Virus record (IMG/VR): IMGVR_UViG_3300002144_000477
Location: 1-64,000 of that record
Reading direction: 5' to 3' (one strand)
Length of the DNA stretch: 64,000 bases
DNA from: a virus
Shown here: one piece after another, positions 8,584-18,377 of the stretch
How the letters are laid out: the number at the start of each line of letters is the position of its first letter
Numbering within the stretch: the stretch's first letter is position 1
Made by a program: the position numbers and the translations under genes
Notes under the pieces: generated by a model
The model's database searches: none
What the model saw: only the letters and a program-made list of their open reading frames with translations
Told to the model about the DNA's origin: nothing

Positions 8584-9570
8584 TTACTTCTGACGATTAC
8601 GAATCATTGCCAAGATGTCCTCGGCACGTTTGCCAGAGTCGCTGCCTGTAGCTGGAGCAGAAGTAGCTGGGGCAGACTCAACTGGTGCGTCATCACTGTC
8701 TACATCGTTACTTGCACTCTGCGTAGGCGTTGGCACTGGTGTAGGCGTCGGCGCTGATGCTACTGGTTTTGCATTGCCGCTACCTGTAAATCCGCTTGGC
8801 TTGTAGTAAGCGGCCCAGCGGTCTGGATCATATGCTTGCCCGTCAACACTAGCTTCGAACATTTCATGAATGATTTTAAGTTCAACATCAGTTGGCTTCT
8901 TAGGTAAGAAGTCAGACAAGTTATGGAGTCCATGTTGCTCCATTGCAGCCAATTCAATACTAGTCAACGCACTCTCTTTGCGTGAGTATTTAGATGTTGA
9001 ATAGTCAGCGTAGCCGCCCTTGCTTGTTTTAACGACATTAAAGTCTAGTCCGCGTTCGAGATCAGTTGGGAGTTCTTCCATCTCAGGATCCATTAGTGCC
9101 GCTTTAACAATGTTAAAAATTTGCGGACTGATAATAAATCTACGGATTGGGTTTTCTGGTGTGCTATCTTCATTTAATGAACTTTCGCGCACAAAGCCCT
9201 GGAACAAGTAACTGCGTTTTTTCCAGTACTTACGACCCATTTCTTCTAGCGAAGAGTCTTTAAACCATGCACGTACTTCTGCTAGAATAGGGCATGACTC
9301 CCCATACATTTCTACGCACGGTACTTGTACAATTTGGGGTTTACTGTTTACGTCGCCTTTGATACCATTGAATGGTAGGCGAATCATTGCTCGCTCAACC
9401 CAATAGAAATCATTCTTTGAGTCTGCGTCAGGAAGGAAACGGATTCTGGAAGTTGTACCCTCTGGGATGTTCCAGTGAGCAAAGATAGCGTTGTCTCCGC
9501 CACCTTGATTAGAACCTGTGCGGTTCTCTTGAGCGTTTAGTTTTGCACGAATTTCAGCCAATGTAGCCAT
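8584..9570 (-). CDS. gp32: Single-stranded DNA-binding protein (T4 gp32-like)
   Basis: MATLAEIRAKL start with AAGGAG SD; IRFLP, CPI, KKRSY, GYADYSTSKY; P/A-rich linker. Confidence 0.9.
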   Translation of the reverse strand: MATLAEIRAKLNAQENRTGSNQGGGDNAIFAHWNIPEGTTSRIRFLPDADSKNDFYWVERAMIRLPFNGIKGDVNSKPQIVQVPCVEMYGESCPILAEVRAWFKDSSLEEMGRKYWKKRSYLFQGFVRESSLNEDSTPENPIRRFIISPQIFNIVKAALMDPEMEELPTDLERGLDFNVVKTSKGGYADYSTSKYSRKESALTSIELAAMEQHGLHNLSDFLPKKPTDVELKIIHEMFEASVDGQAYDPDRWAAYYKPSGFTGSGNAKPVASAPTPTPVPTPTQSASNDVDSDDAPVESAPATSAPATGSDSGKRAEDILAMIRNRQK

Positions 9571-9627
9571 AATAATTTTCTCCTTGTAAAGTGTGCCATA
9601 ATGTGTTATTTGCCTTAGCACATACAT

Positions 9628-9656
9628 AGTATATGCTAATTCTATTTAGCAGTCAA
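9628..9656 (-). promoter_or_regulatory. Composite promoter of gp32: sigma70 promoter with embedded late box
   Basis: TTGACT-N17-TATACT with TAAATA (9643-9648) in the spacer. Confidence 0.7.
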
Positions 9657-9687
9657 GCACTTTTTTAGGAGAAAATGTATATTTTGG

Positions 9688-11247
9688 TTAAATTCCTGCT
9701 AGTCGTTTAATTGCACTGAAGTCTAGTACATCAGAATCTTCGTCAAGTTCTTCCGAAACATCTTTACCAGTTGGAACACCAGGTGACGTAGCCGGTGCTG
9801 ATTTTAGTGCGGCTATAACTTCGCTTTTAGCTAGATTTTCTGCACTTGACGATTCGTCGGTTGATGTAACTGCATCTTGTTGCGGCTTCCAGTTGCGTAA
9901 ACCATTTGCAATAGCATCAATATGTTTACGTGAGGCGCCGTCGAAATTATCACGTACTAGATTTTTATAAAACCCTGTAAACCATTTAACAATAGTTGGA
10001 CGAGCATCACTTGCTGGTGCTTGGTTTTGAGATTCGGCATACAGTTCGTCAAACAGCTCATCGTCGCCAAAAATATCGTATAATGCACTAGCAGCGTTAT
10101 CACCATCCGGTCCGAACTCGAGTGGTTTAGCCATTATTTCGTTAAACTTGCGGACAGCATTCTCGTCAGACGGTAATGCCCACGTGCCTTCTGTTAGCTC
10201 GTCGGATGCTAAAACTTCTTCTACCCACTGTTCGAATGCTAGTGCTAAATTACTTCTACTATCTAAGCGGCTTTGTCGAGCCTCGTGTGCGGCGTAGACA
10301 TACGGTAGCGCTTCTTCAATGCGTTGGTCCAAAAACTTTTTAGTGAATCTTTCTCTAAGGGCGTCGCCATCTTCGCCAATCTCAACTGCATCGCTTGATA
10401 CATAGTTTTCCCAAAATCTTGCATACCCTTTTGGACCGCGCATTGCTTTAAGTCCTTTACGTACTTCGAAGAATCGGTCGCGAGCTGCATCAACCATTGC
10501 TGGGACTTCAGTGTCCTCAAAGGCTTGACCGTTGCGAGTAGCACGTAGGAATTTACCTAACTGCTGTACTTCCTCAACCATCGCAAAGATTTCGCTGGAC
10601 CTGTCGTCGACAATTGTACCACCACTGGCTACGTGTTGGCCAATTGCCCTGGCGCCGTGCAAACTAGTAAATGGTAATTTAAAACGCTCACCGTCGGCTG
10701 TTTCAACAAAAATACTTTCAATGTTACGTGTACGTGCTCCACGCTTTTCGTCATCTACTAAACTGCTATGTCTAACAATTAAACGAGTTTCGCCTACTGT
10801 GTCGTAGCTTTTTGTTCGTGTTCCGTACATTTTACTTTCCTGAATCTTAATTTCATCACCATCCCATTGCGATGATGATTTAGTTTGTTGCATAATGTCT
10901 CTAATATCAAGTGAATTGCGGTTTATATCTCTAGTATCAAACGCTAGCATATTCTTCTTAGAGAATCTCCTAATGTCTTTAAGGAAATCGTACCAGGTGT
11001 CCTGATCTTCACGTTCAAGTTTATCTGCAATATCCTTGTTAAAATATACTTTTAAGCTGGTGCCATCTATTAAACTTATAGTAACGTTACCAAAGTTTTT
11101 GTCGTTAACCACAAAGTCAAAATTAAAAAATCTTGCTTTTTCTGGGTCAGTGGCATTTTTGCCCGTGTCATCGCCAAGCGACACGTCGTTAAACCGACCT
11201 CTAATTTTGTCAAATAACAAAGATGAAATTTTATCTAATTCTTGCAT
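9688..11247 (-). CDS. Hypothetical late protein, probable head/core component
   Basis: 519 aa; TAAATA 8 nt upstream; ends IKRLAGI like the scaffold C-terminus; multiple I/L-x-E sites. Confidence 0.55.
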   Translation of the reverse strand: MQELDKISSLLFDKIRGRFNDVSLGDDTGKNATDPEKARFFNFDFVVNDKNFGNVTISLIDGTSLKVYFNKDIADKLEREDQDTWYDFLKDIRRFSKKNMLAFDTRDINRNSLDIRDIMQQTKSSSQWDGDEIKIQESKMYGTRTKSYDTVGETRLIVRHSSLVDDEKRGARTRNIESIFVETADGERFKLPFTSLHGARAIGQHVASGGTIVDDRSSEIFAMVEEVQQLGKFLRATRNGQAFEDTEVPAMVDAARDRFFEVRKGLKAMRGPKGYARFWENYVSSDAVEIGEDGDALRERFTKKFLDQRIEEALPYVYAAHEARQSRLDSRSNLALAFEQWVEEVLASDELTEGTWALPSDENAVRKFNEIMAKPLEFGPDGDNAASALYDIFGDDELFDELYAESQNQAPASDARPTIVKWFTGFYKNLVRDNFDGASRKHIDAIANGLRNWKPQQDAVTSTDESSSAENLAKSEVIAALKSAPATSPGVPTGKDVSEELDEDSDVLDFSAIKRLAGI

Positions 11248-11264
11248 AGTAATACTATTTACCT

Positions 11265-11795
11265 TTATCTAAAATATGTGTAACTTGTAATTCTTAATTT
11301 AGTCGTTGGTACTAGCATTGCATGCCATAGGCTATTTGTTTCCGGGTCCGGATTACGCATATAATAGCCTGTGTTGTCAATTGCTTTAAAGATGTACCGT
11401 ACGTCTTCTTCGTTATTACTGTTATAAAAGCTAGTTCCGCATTCAGCTTCGCCATGCCAAAAACATTGCATGGCGCTGGGCAATGTACCATCTAGGTGCA
11501 TTGGTACTGTAAACCCTGCGGTATCGATCCATATCCGGGTACCTTCTGCAAACTGGTAGTTAGTATCGCCTACTTCGTTAATTTGATATAATTTATCATT
11601 TATTTGGGATTCAAACTCGGTGATCAATACATGGTTGTCTACCATGTAACGGTCCCATGACTCTTGACCTTCTTGTTTTTTTAACACACTTTCTGCTAAC
11701 CAATTATGTGTTGTAATACGCAATGCCAAGTCTGGTGTCACTATATTGGCTAGCAAAAATAAATTTGGGGCCGGAGGTATTTGTTCAATAATCAT
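11265..11795 (-). CDS. 2OG-Fe(II) oxygenase superfamily protein
   Basis: HLD...GTSFY...NTGY...WH...R pattern. Confidence 0.75.
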   Translation of the reverse strand: MIIEQIPPAPNLFLLANIVTPDLALRITTHNWLAESVLKKQEGQESWDRYMVDNHVLITEFESQINDKLYQINEVGDTNYQFAEGTRIWIDTAGFTVPMHLDGTLPSAMQCFWHGEAECGTSFYNSNNEEDVRYIFKAIDNTGYYMRNPDPETNSLWHAMLVPTTKLRITSYTYFR

Positions 11796-13363
11796 AGCAT
11801 TATAAATGGCATTGGTTCTATATAATCGTCAAGACTATCTTTTAGTTTGTTATCTAACTCCGCATCGTAGTTTTGTAACATCATAACCATTCTGACAATT
11901 AACAAAGTTGACATTACTAAGTCGTCTTTTTCTCCAGGCTTAGCCGCAAAGGACACTCCGATTGACACAAAATTCTTAAGCTCTGTTACTAGTGCTTTAC
12001 TGTTTATAGTTAGACGGTCTGACTCTAATAGCGTTTTAAACTTTGAACAAGCAATTAGCTTACTTTTTGCAGTGGTATTAAATCCTTTGCGATACCGACG
12101 TCCGGACCCAGCCTTGGGAGGTTCGCTTAAAAATACTCCGCGGATGTTTTCTTCACCAATGTCAGCAATGCTCATTAGCCCTGCCTCTCCTAGTGTATTA
12201 TTTTCAATGCTATAATAAATTTTGTTAGGCGAGTTAACGGTATCGTTAATATGATCAACTATTTCTTTAAGAATAGCAATCTGCCGCTGTATTACTGTTC
12301 TATTGTGTTTCCATTCTGCTACTTGGATTAGACTAGGTACTTCGAATACTTGAATTGCAGCGTTATCTCCGCCTGTTCCTAAACTAGGATCTAGTGCAAT
12401 AACATACTGGCAGTTGCGGTCAGGCTTTTTAAACCAACGTACTTGTCCTTGTTTTTCAACTGGCTCTATACCTGTTATGTCCATTAATTTAGAAGGAGAA
12501 ATTAATGTTTCGTCGTATATGATAGGTTCGCATTCATGCTCTCGCTTAAAGCGCTCTATGCCAATACTAGCACGTTCTTGATCTGCCCATGCCACATCAC
12601 GTTCAGGGTGCCTATCCCACGTTGCAACATACCCACGGAATCCGTTTTCTCCTCGACCATCTGGGCGCTCGTTACCAAACTCGTCTGTTGTGCGATTTGC
12701 GCCTTTCCAAATTAACCAGAACTGATCTTCGTCGCTGTTTGGCGTAGATGTAATAATTGCCTTACCGCCTGTTGCTAACGTAGGACTAATCGACGTCCAA
12801 AACTCTTTTGCAATAGTATTTCTAACAAATGCAAACTCGTCGGCGTATAGTAACGAAATTGACATACCTCGTCCAGTTGTTTCTGTTGTAGTAGCACTAA
12901 CAATGCGACTACCGTTTTCGAAATCAATTGACCCTTTGTTGTAACTAGTTACACCAGCACGAATATGGTTAGGGCACAACTCATACGCATATCTTATACG
13001 TTGCATAATCTCCTGTGCTCCAGTATATTTGTGCGCGGCAATAAGGATAGTACTGTCGGGGACAAACATAGCATACCAAAGTAAATACCCTGCGGCTGTT
13101 GTGGTTTTACCCATTTGTCGACCTAATAGGTTAATACTAAATCTATTGTTATGGTAAACATCAATTAGTTCATCTTGATAGTCAAACGGTTGGTATGTTA
13201 GTCGTCCTTTAGTCGGGTGTTGAATAAAAAAGTGTCTTGACAAGAAATGCCGTGGACCGCTAATAGGATCTGCGCACCTAGCAAAGTCGATTAACTGGGA
13301 TTGGGTGTAAGATTCTTTAACGTGCGCTGGTTTAACCAACACACCTTCTAAACTTTTAGCCAT
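11792..13363 (-). CDS. gp17: Terminase large subunit (gp17-like)
   Basis: RQMGKTT Walker A, LYADEFAF Walker B, TSTPN motif III, ALDP and DDLV nuclease motifs. Confidence 0.97.
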   Translation of the reverse strand: MAKSLEGVLVKPAHVKESYTQSQLIDFARCADPISGPRHFLSRHFFIQHPTKGRLTYQPFDYQDELIDVYHNNRFSINLLGRQMGKTTTAAGYLLWYAMFVPDSTILIAAHKYTGAQEIMQRIRYAYELCPNHIRAGVTSYNKGSIDFENGSRIVSATTTETTGRGMSISLLYADEFAFVRNTIAKEFWTSISPTLATGGKAIITSTPNSDEDQFWLIWKGANRTTDEFGNERPDGRGENGFRGYVATWDRHPERDVAWADQERASIGIERFKREHECEPIIYDETLISPSKLMDITGIEPVEKQGQVRWFKKPDRNCQYVIALDPSLGTGGDNAAIQVFEVPSLIQVAEWKHNRTVIQRQIAILKEIVDHINDTVNSPNKIYYSIENNTLGEAGLMSIADIGEENIRGVFLSEPPKAGSGRRYRKGFNTTAKSKLIACSKFKTLLESDRLTINSKALVTELKNFVSIGVSFAAKPGEKDDLVMSTLLIVRMVMMLQNYDAELDNKLKDSLDDYIEPMPFIML

Positions 13364-13473
13364 AGATAAATTTATTCCACATGGTATTTACAATCATTGA
13401 ATATATTGCTATAATACTTATCACCGTATACGTTTGGTGTTGCAAGAATAACCCACTGCTAAGTACATATATC

Positions 13474-14019
13474 ATGAGTGATACCTTACTTTTAAACGCT
13501 AATTTCGAACCTATTAGTATCCTGCCGCTAAGTGTGATTGGATGGCAGCAGGCCATTAAGCTAATTTTCTTAGATAAAGTTACTGTGCTAGCCAACCACG
13601 ATGACCGTGTTGCTAGAAGCAGTCATATCACAATGCCTATCCCTAGTGTTTGCGTTACTAAGGAATACTTTAACCCAATGAAGCATGTTAAGTTTACACG
13701 TACTAACTTATACTTGCGGGATATGTACCAATGTCAGTATTGCGAAGATGTGTTTGATAAGAAGGATTTAACAATCGATCACGTAATTCCTAAAATGGCT
13801 AACGGAAACACCTCGTGGGAAAACTGTGTAACTGCATGCAAGCCGTGCAATCATAAAAAAGGCTCCAAACTAATGAAGCCATTGCGTGAACCATTTCGCC
13901 CAGAATACTTTAACTTAGTTGCAAAGTGGAAGAAGCGCCCTACTAAAATCCATTACTACCAGGAGTGGTTGCCTTACCTCGGGATAGAAGAATCGCAAAT
14001 AAAAGCCGGCGTAGGTTAA
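13474..14019 (+). CDS. HNH endonuclease (McrA-like)
   Basis: LLLNANFEP N-terminus; RDMYQCQYC...TIDHVIP...WENCVTACKPCNHKK; start reassigned to MSDTL. Confidence 0.9.
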   Translation: MSDTLLLNANFEPISILPLSVIGWQQAIKLIFLDKVTVLANHDDRVARSSHITMPIPSVCVTKEYFNPMKHVKFTRTNLYLRDMYQCQYCEDVFDKKDLTIDHVIPKMANGNTSWENCVTACKPCNHKKGSKLMKPLREPFRPEYFNLVAKWKKRPTKIHYYQEWLPYLGIEESQIKAGVG

Positions 14020-14222
14020 TAAGGTTTTTCGCCAGTTAAATATGGTCTAGCAAACCAAAGGCGAAACCATTCTTCTGTTCCTGGCTTAATATCGTTAGTC
14101 TTCTGATAGTTAGCTTTTTCGCTAGCAGTATCAGTGAGGTTGTCAGAAGAGGTGTGTTTAGTAATACCTGCTAGTCGCACCAATTCGTCAATTTCTTGCC
14201 CGAACATATCATCTAGCTTCAT
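14016..14222 (-). CDS. Small hypothetical protein
   Basis: IDELVRLAGI and IKPGTEEWFRLWF motifs. Confidence 0.65.
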   Translation of the reverse strand: MKLDDMFGQEIDELVRLAGITKHTSSDNLTDTASEKANYQKTNDIKPGTEEWFRLWFARPYLTGEKPY

Positions 14223-14575
14223 TTGTTTTTACGCTTGACTGGGCCCTTTGGTGTCATTGGACTAACTGTATTAACACCAGGCATTTCGGTGCTACTATTG
14301 CCTTTGCTAATTTTTTTACTCTTAATGCCCATTTTCTTTTTAGCTGCATCAATTATAGCTCGATCGCCGTCGCTATACGGCAAAATAGTAAATCTACCTT
14401 GAGTTGGCCCGGCTTCATGAAAATCAGGACCAGTTGGTGATCCTGCAACACTAACAGCGAATCTATACGCAGTGTACGGATCAGCATCTAGAATTTCAGC
14501 GTGAGGCAAGCTATGTCGTGCGCTTTTACGCAACTTCTTAGTCTTAGCCTCGCTGATAATTTCGCTATAACGCAT
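14219..14575 (-). CDS. Hypothetical protein, possible internal head protein
   Basis: N-terminus MRYSEIISE resembles the T4 capsid-targeting sequence. Confidence 0.55.
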   Translation of the reverse strand: MRYSEIISEAKTKKLRKSARHSLPHAEILDADPYTAYRFAVSVAGSPTGPDFHEAGPTQGRFTILPYSDGDRAIIDAAKKKMGIKSKKISKGNSSTEMPGVNTVSPMTPKGPVKRKNK

Positions 14576-15358
14576 TTATTGCTTATTACGAAGTAGCGTT
14601 TCGTATGCTTTCATAAAAGCTGAACCCATTCCATCGTCGTCTTCTTTAACTCGAGAACCAGACTCATACATGCTAGCACCAATTGAACGATACATGTCGC
14701 TTACTTCATCCATTACGTCGGTATCTAATCCAAGTGGCTCTTCACCGTGAATCATTTTAACCATGTCGTGAAGGTCGCTTAATCGATCTGTATAATAACG
14801 ACTATCCTCGGAAGAGGCAGTTGTCAGGGCTTGTTCCATTTCACGAATTTGTTTTTTAACCATTGCCAGGACTTTGTTGTCAGCATCAGTAAGTTCACGT
14901 GTTGCTGTTTCTTTGATATCATCTTCATCATCCATATGATTTGCTATTGATTTTACGTGTCCACGTTTTAATCCTGTTTCTTGTGCGATCATGTCAATAC
15001 GATGGTCACCTAATTCCTCTGGGTTACACGCATCCAGACCACATGCTCTATCTATTAAATCACGTGCCTTCTGAATACGATCTTGCTTGCCTTCTTCAAT
15101 TTGTTCTTCACTAACTGGCGAATGAGCAGATCCGCAATGCGGGCAGGTGCATGTATCGGCGCTCGCTGGTACTTCGGTTGGTTGTTGTGCAGACGGCATA
15201 CTATCCATTCCAGCAAGTCGTAGAATATCGCTTAACGAAATAACCGCTGGTTGTTCATTCATATTGCCGCCGCATGATTCGCATACAGCAGTGTTATCCG
15301 TAGTAACATTAGGCTCTTCTTGAGCAAATGTTTTTAGTAATGATAAAATCTCGTTCAT
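14576..15358 (-). CDS. Hypothetical acidic protein with two CxxC motifs, possible head core protein
   Basis: Start MNEIL with AAGGA SD; CESCG, CPHCG; LSDILRLAGM. Confidence 0.55.
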   Translation of the reverse strand: MNEILSLLKTFAQEEPNVTTDNTAVCESCGGNMNEQPAVISLSDILRLAGMDSMPSAQQPTEVPASADTCTCPHCGSAHSPVSEEQIEEGKQDRIQKARDLIDRACGLDACNPEELGDHRIDMIAQETGLKRGHVKSIANHMDDEDDIKETATRELTDADNKVLAMVKKQIREMEQALTTASSEDSRYYTDRLSDLHDMVKMIHGEEPLGLDTDVMDEVSDMYRSIGASMYESGSRVKEDDDGMGSAFMKAYETLLRNKQ

Positions 15359-15368
15359 AATAAGTTCC

Positions 15369-15821
15369 TTAGTTTGCTTTAGCAGTTTTAAATTTTGTTG
15401 AATTTTTTTCAAAATCCTTGAGCATGCTGTCTATACGCTTTTGCCCAACTGTGTCTTGTTTACCAGCATCGTCTTCGGCGTCTTGATCTTCGACGTCGAA
15501 CGCATCACCGGCTCTAGCAATAGCAATAAACTGCGCAGGAATCATTGCACGAGTAGTAATTAATCGTTGCAACACTTCGGCTGTAGCAGGGTACTTCATC
15601 TCAATGTTAAATGTTTCTGTTTCGATTGCACCTAGACGGCGAAATTCTGGATGCTCACCAATTGGTGCCGACTTAGGCTTGCTCATCGTTTCAACTTGAA
15701 ATACATCGCATGCGTTTTTAATGCGGTCAATGATATCTTTTGTTAACTTGATGTTAGCAATTTTAATTTTAAATTCGTAAATCTTGTCAGACTCGAAATA
15801 ATAGGTTGCAAATGTTTTCAT
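15369..15821 (-). CDS. Hypothetical late protein
   Basis: MKTFATYYFES N-terminus (CTS-like); TAAATA 15859-15864. Confidence 0.6.
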   Translation of the reverse strand: MKTFATYYFESDKIYEFKIKIANIKLTKDIIDRIKNACDVFQVETMSKPKSAPIGEHPEFRRLGAIETETFNIEMKYPATAEVLQRLITTRAMIPAQFIAIARAGDAFDVEDQDAEDDAGKQDTVGQKRIDSMLKDFEKNSTKFKTAKAN

Positions 15822-15869
15822 GTAAGTTATTAGCCTTTTTACTAGCGTATTTGTATAATATTTATCAGA

Positions 15870-16418
15870 TTAATCTTTTTTACTTGCGTCAAGGATTTGC
15901 TTCAACAATGTATCCCTATCAATTATCATGCCTGTGCCACTTAGTGGCTCGTCGGCATCATTTTCGTTTGCTTTATTTTCTTTTTTAATCTGCTGGTCTA
16001 GTTTTGCTTTTTGTAATTGCAACTGTACCATTTTTAATTTTTTATCTATCTTTGCTGTCTTTGCGGTGATTGCATGCCCTAGTAAAGTGCTAGCTGTCTG
16101 TAGTATAACTCCGCTGAATCTCGGCTCTACGTTCATGCCTAGATCCATTAAGTCCTGAAATTTTTCTTGAGCTAGTTTAGCAAGGTCGTCCATCTCTGCA
16201 TCACTAGCATCTAGATCTCGAATAGTAGGCAATGCAACGTCGATCTTTTCAATGGCTGCATCTACTTCTCTTATAGTCGCTGAACTAACTGTCACTGAAC
16301 GTTGCACCTGTTCGAGTTGATCGGTGGTTAGCGGACCGTCATCGTCTGGGTAGGCTGGCTCAATATCGTCTGGTTGTGTATTATCGATATTAAAGAAATC
16401 TTCGAGTTTTTTAGTCAT
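15870..16418 (-). CDS. Probable terminase small subunit (gp16-like)
   Basis: Size, helical core (FQDLMDLGMNVEPR..G.I), coiled coil then DRDTLLK tail; late promoter; upstream of terL. Confidence 0.6.
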   Translation of the reverse strand: MTKKLEDFFNIDNTQPDDIEPAYPDDDGPLTTDQLEQVQRSVTVSSATIREVDAAIEKIDVALPTIRDLDASDAEMDDLAKLAQEKFQDLMDLGMNVEPRFSGVILQTASTLLGHAITAKTAKIDKKLKMVQLQLQKAKLDQQIKKENKANENDADEPLSGTGMIIDRDTLLKQILDASKKD

Positions 16419-16472
16419 ACTGCTATACCTTATGGTTTTATTACTGTATTTACATCAATAGTGTGCCGCCGT

Positions 16473-16503
16473 AAAAAAAGGCACCTTGCGGTGCCTTTTT
16501 TTT
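16473..16503. terminator. Rho-independent terminator after dctP-like gene
   Basis: A7-GGCACC-TTGC-GGTGCC-T8. Confidence 0.9.
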
Positions 16504-16516
16504 AAGTTTTAATCAA

Positions 16517-17470
16517 TTAAGCACGCTTAATTGCATCAACAACTGTTGGGTTAATGCCGTATGACTCAACTTGGGTATACAGATGTGCTGTTGCATCAGC
16601 AAAGCGAGCTTGCTCTTCTTTGCTTAGGCGTACAACTTCAATACCGTCTTGCTCGCAACGTGCCTGTGTTAGTGCAACGTCAGCGATACTGATTTCACGT
16701 TCGTGTCTTGCGGCAACTTTAGCAGCATCGGCAACAATTGCTTGCTCTTCTGCAGATAAAGATTCCCAAACTTTGCTACCAACTAGGATAGAAGTTAGGA
16801 ACAAACTGTGCTCAGTGTGGTTAACAACTTTAGATACTTTGTTCTGACCTAGTGCGTAAACACGTGGGTATGTGCTTTCACCGATTGTTACATCAGCGTT
16901 TGCAATACCTTCAGATAGCTCTTCAAGTTCCATTGGAACTACATCAGCGCCAAGTGCTTTGAATGTATCAATAGCAACTGGTGAGAATGATGTGCGAACT
17001 TTCATACCACGTAGATCTTCGATCTTGTTAACAGCTTCTTGTCCTGGGACAATACGGAAGCCGCCGCTGTATGTAAATGCTAGACCTTTAACGCCTTTAC
17101 CAGACTGCTCTAGGCCGTCTAGTAGACTTGCACCAACTTCGCCTTCGAATACGCGGCTAGCATGGTCGTGATCTTTAAACAAGAATGGTAGATCTAATGC
17201 ACGGAAGTCTGGGCAGATCTGACCTAGTGAAACTGTGTATGTCTGTGACATTTCAATTTTACCAGCGTCTAATAGATCAACTAGTTCGTGCTTAGTAACG
17301 ATTTTACCATCGTTGTATTTTGCAGAGTACTCAGCAAGAGTCATTACTTCGATTTCAAACTTACCAGCGGCTTTTTCAGCAATTTCTGCTTCAAAAACTT
17401 TAGCGGCACGAATGAAAAGCTCGATTGGCTCATGTGCTAGCACCCAACGGATTTTCTTTACTTGTGACAT
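16517..17470 (-). CDS. dctP: TRAP transporter substrate-binding protein DctP-like, lacking signal peptide
   Basis: LDLPFLFKDHDHA, GGFR, EDLRGMKVRT, FKALGA.VPM, TEH motifs; N-terminus has no hydrophobic h-region. Confidence 0.85.
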   Translation of the reverse strand: MSQVKKIRWVLAHEPIELFIRAAKVFEAEIAEKAAGKFEIEVMTLAEYSAKYNDGKIVTKHELVDLLDAGKIEMSQTYTVSLGQICPDFRALDLPFLFKDHDHASRVFEGEVGASLLDGLEQSGKGVKGLAFTYSGGFRIVPGQEAVNKIEDLRGMKVRTSFSPVAIDTFKALGADVVPMELEELSEGIANADVTIGESTYPRVYALGQNKVSKVVNHTEHSLFLTSILVGSKVWESLSAEEQAIVADAAKVAARHEREISIADVALTQARCEQDGIEVVRLSKEEQARFADATAHLYTQVESYGINPTVVDAIKRA

Positions 17471-17562
17471 TTATTTTTATCTCCTAGTGATTTTTTTTTC
17501 CGGAAAAGAAAGGTAGATAACCTCATCTGATTAACATAGTTGTCGAAACTACGTCTTCAGTA

Positions 17563-17997
17563 TTATTTACCTTTTCCTTGGTGAAATATCTGATCTTCGG
17601 TAATAATTCTGAAGTTTAAACCCTGTTGCTTGCACCAAGCACGAGCTGCTTCCCATTTTACCATATTCAATACTGCGTATGCTTTGTCTCGTGGACTTTT
17701 TGCCTCCTCGAGGTTAGTTTCTTTCCGAGGCTTAACTTCTATTACATCAGCATGATGGTGCCCACCTTTGTCAATATAATAAATCAAGAAATCCGGAACG
17801 TATATTGTGTTCTTCCCAGTAAACGGATTTCTATAGTTAATACGTACTGCTTCGCTAGCCCATTTAAGTATGTTGGGATTATTGTCGCAAAATGTCATAA
17901 ACACATGCTCCCAACTGCTACGGTAAGTTGGGCTATGCTTACCAACATACTTTTCGGAATTTTTTATCTGAAACTTGCCTTGGGCATACTTGCTCAT
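17563..17997 (-). CDS. gp4: Head completion nuclease (T4 gp4 / TnsA-like)
   Basis: YRSSWE..FM.FCD....WASE, YVPDF, IEVKP, N..KW.AA..WC, ITE. Confidence 0.9.
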   Translation of the reverse strand: MSKYAQGKFQIKNSEKYVGKHSPTYRSSWEHVFMTFCDNNPNILKWASEAVRINYRNPFTGKNTIYVPDFLIYYIDKGGHHHADVIEVKPRKETNLEEAKSPRDKAYAVLNMVKWEAARAWCKQQGLNFRIITEDQIFHQGKGK

Positions 17998-18377
17998 GAA
18001 ATTATGTTTCTTTTTACATATTTATTTCGTACTTGGCGATTGTTTATACCTAATAAGCTAGTACCTACTCTATTTAAGTTTAAAAACATACAAAGGTACG
18101 AATTTAACTTACCAACTTCAAGTGTTGTAAAGTACTCTAGCACTTGAATAGGATCTTGTCGTTGATTTTGTGCAGTGTATATAATAGCACTAGCTAGAGC
18201 TTCAGCGGCAACTTTGTTATTTGTAAATTTTTCAAAATAAGATAAAATGACGTCGTGTTGCCCCGACGAAATATCAACAATACGATTAAAATAGTTTGTA
18301 AAATATGTTCTTATATCTTTATCCGCTTGACTAATACTAATCGAGGATATATTACTTGGTAGTGAATCGTACGACAT
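17994..18377 (-). CDS. Hypothetical protein (tail region)
   Basis: 127 aa, coupled to flanking genes. Confidence 0.6.
   Translation of the reverse strand: MSYDSLPSNISSISISQADKDIRTYFTNYFNRIVDISSGQHDVILSYFEKFTNNKVAAEALASAIIYTAQNQRQDPIQVLEYFTTLEVGKLNSYLCMFLNLNRVGTSLLGINNRQVRNKYVKRNIIS

Noticed and set aside
11792-13363. Intein or intron in terminase, uvsX or gp46
   Set aside because: Lengths are normal, motifs are contiguous, and no intein splice motifs are seen
17505-17562. Hammerhead ribozyme in the dctP leader
   Set aside because: CTGAAGA plus stem is not followed by GAAA on the - strand; the + strand has CTGATTA and no room for stem I
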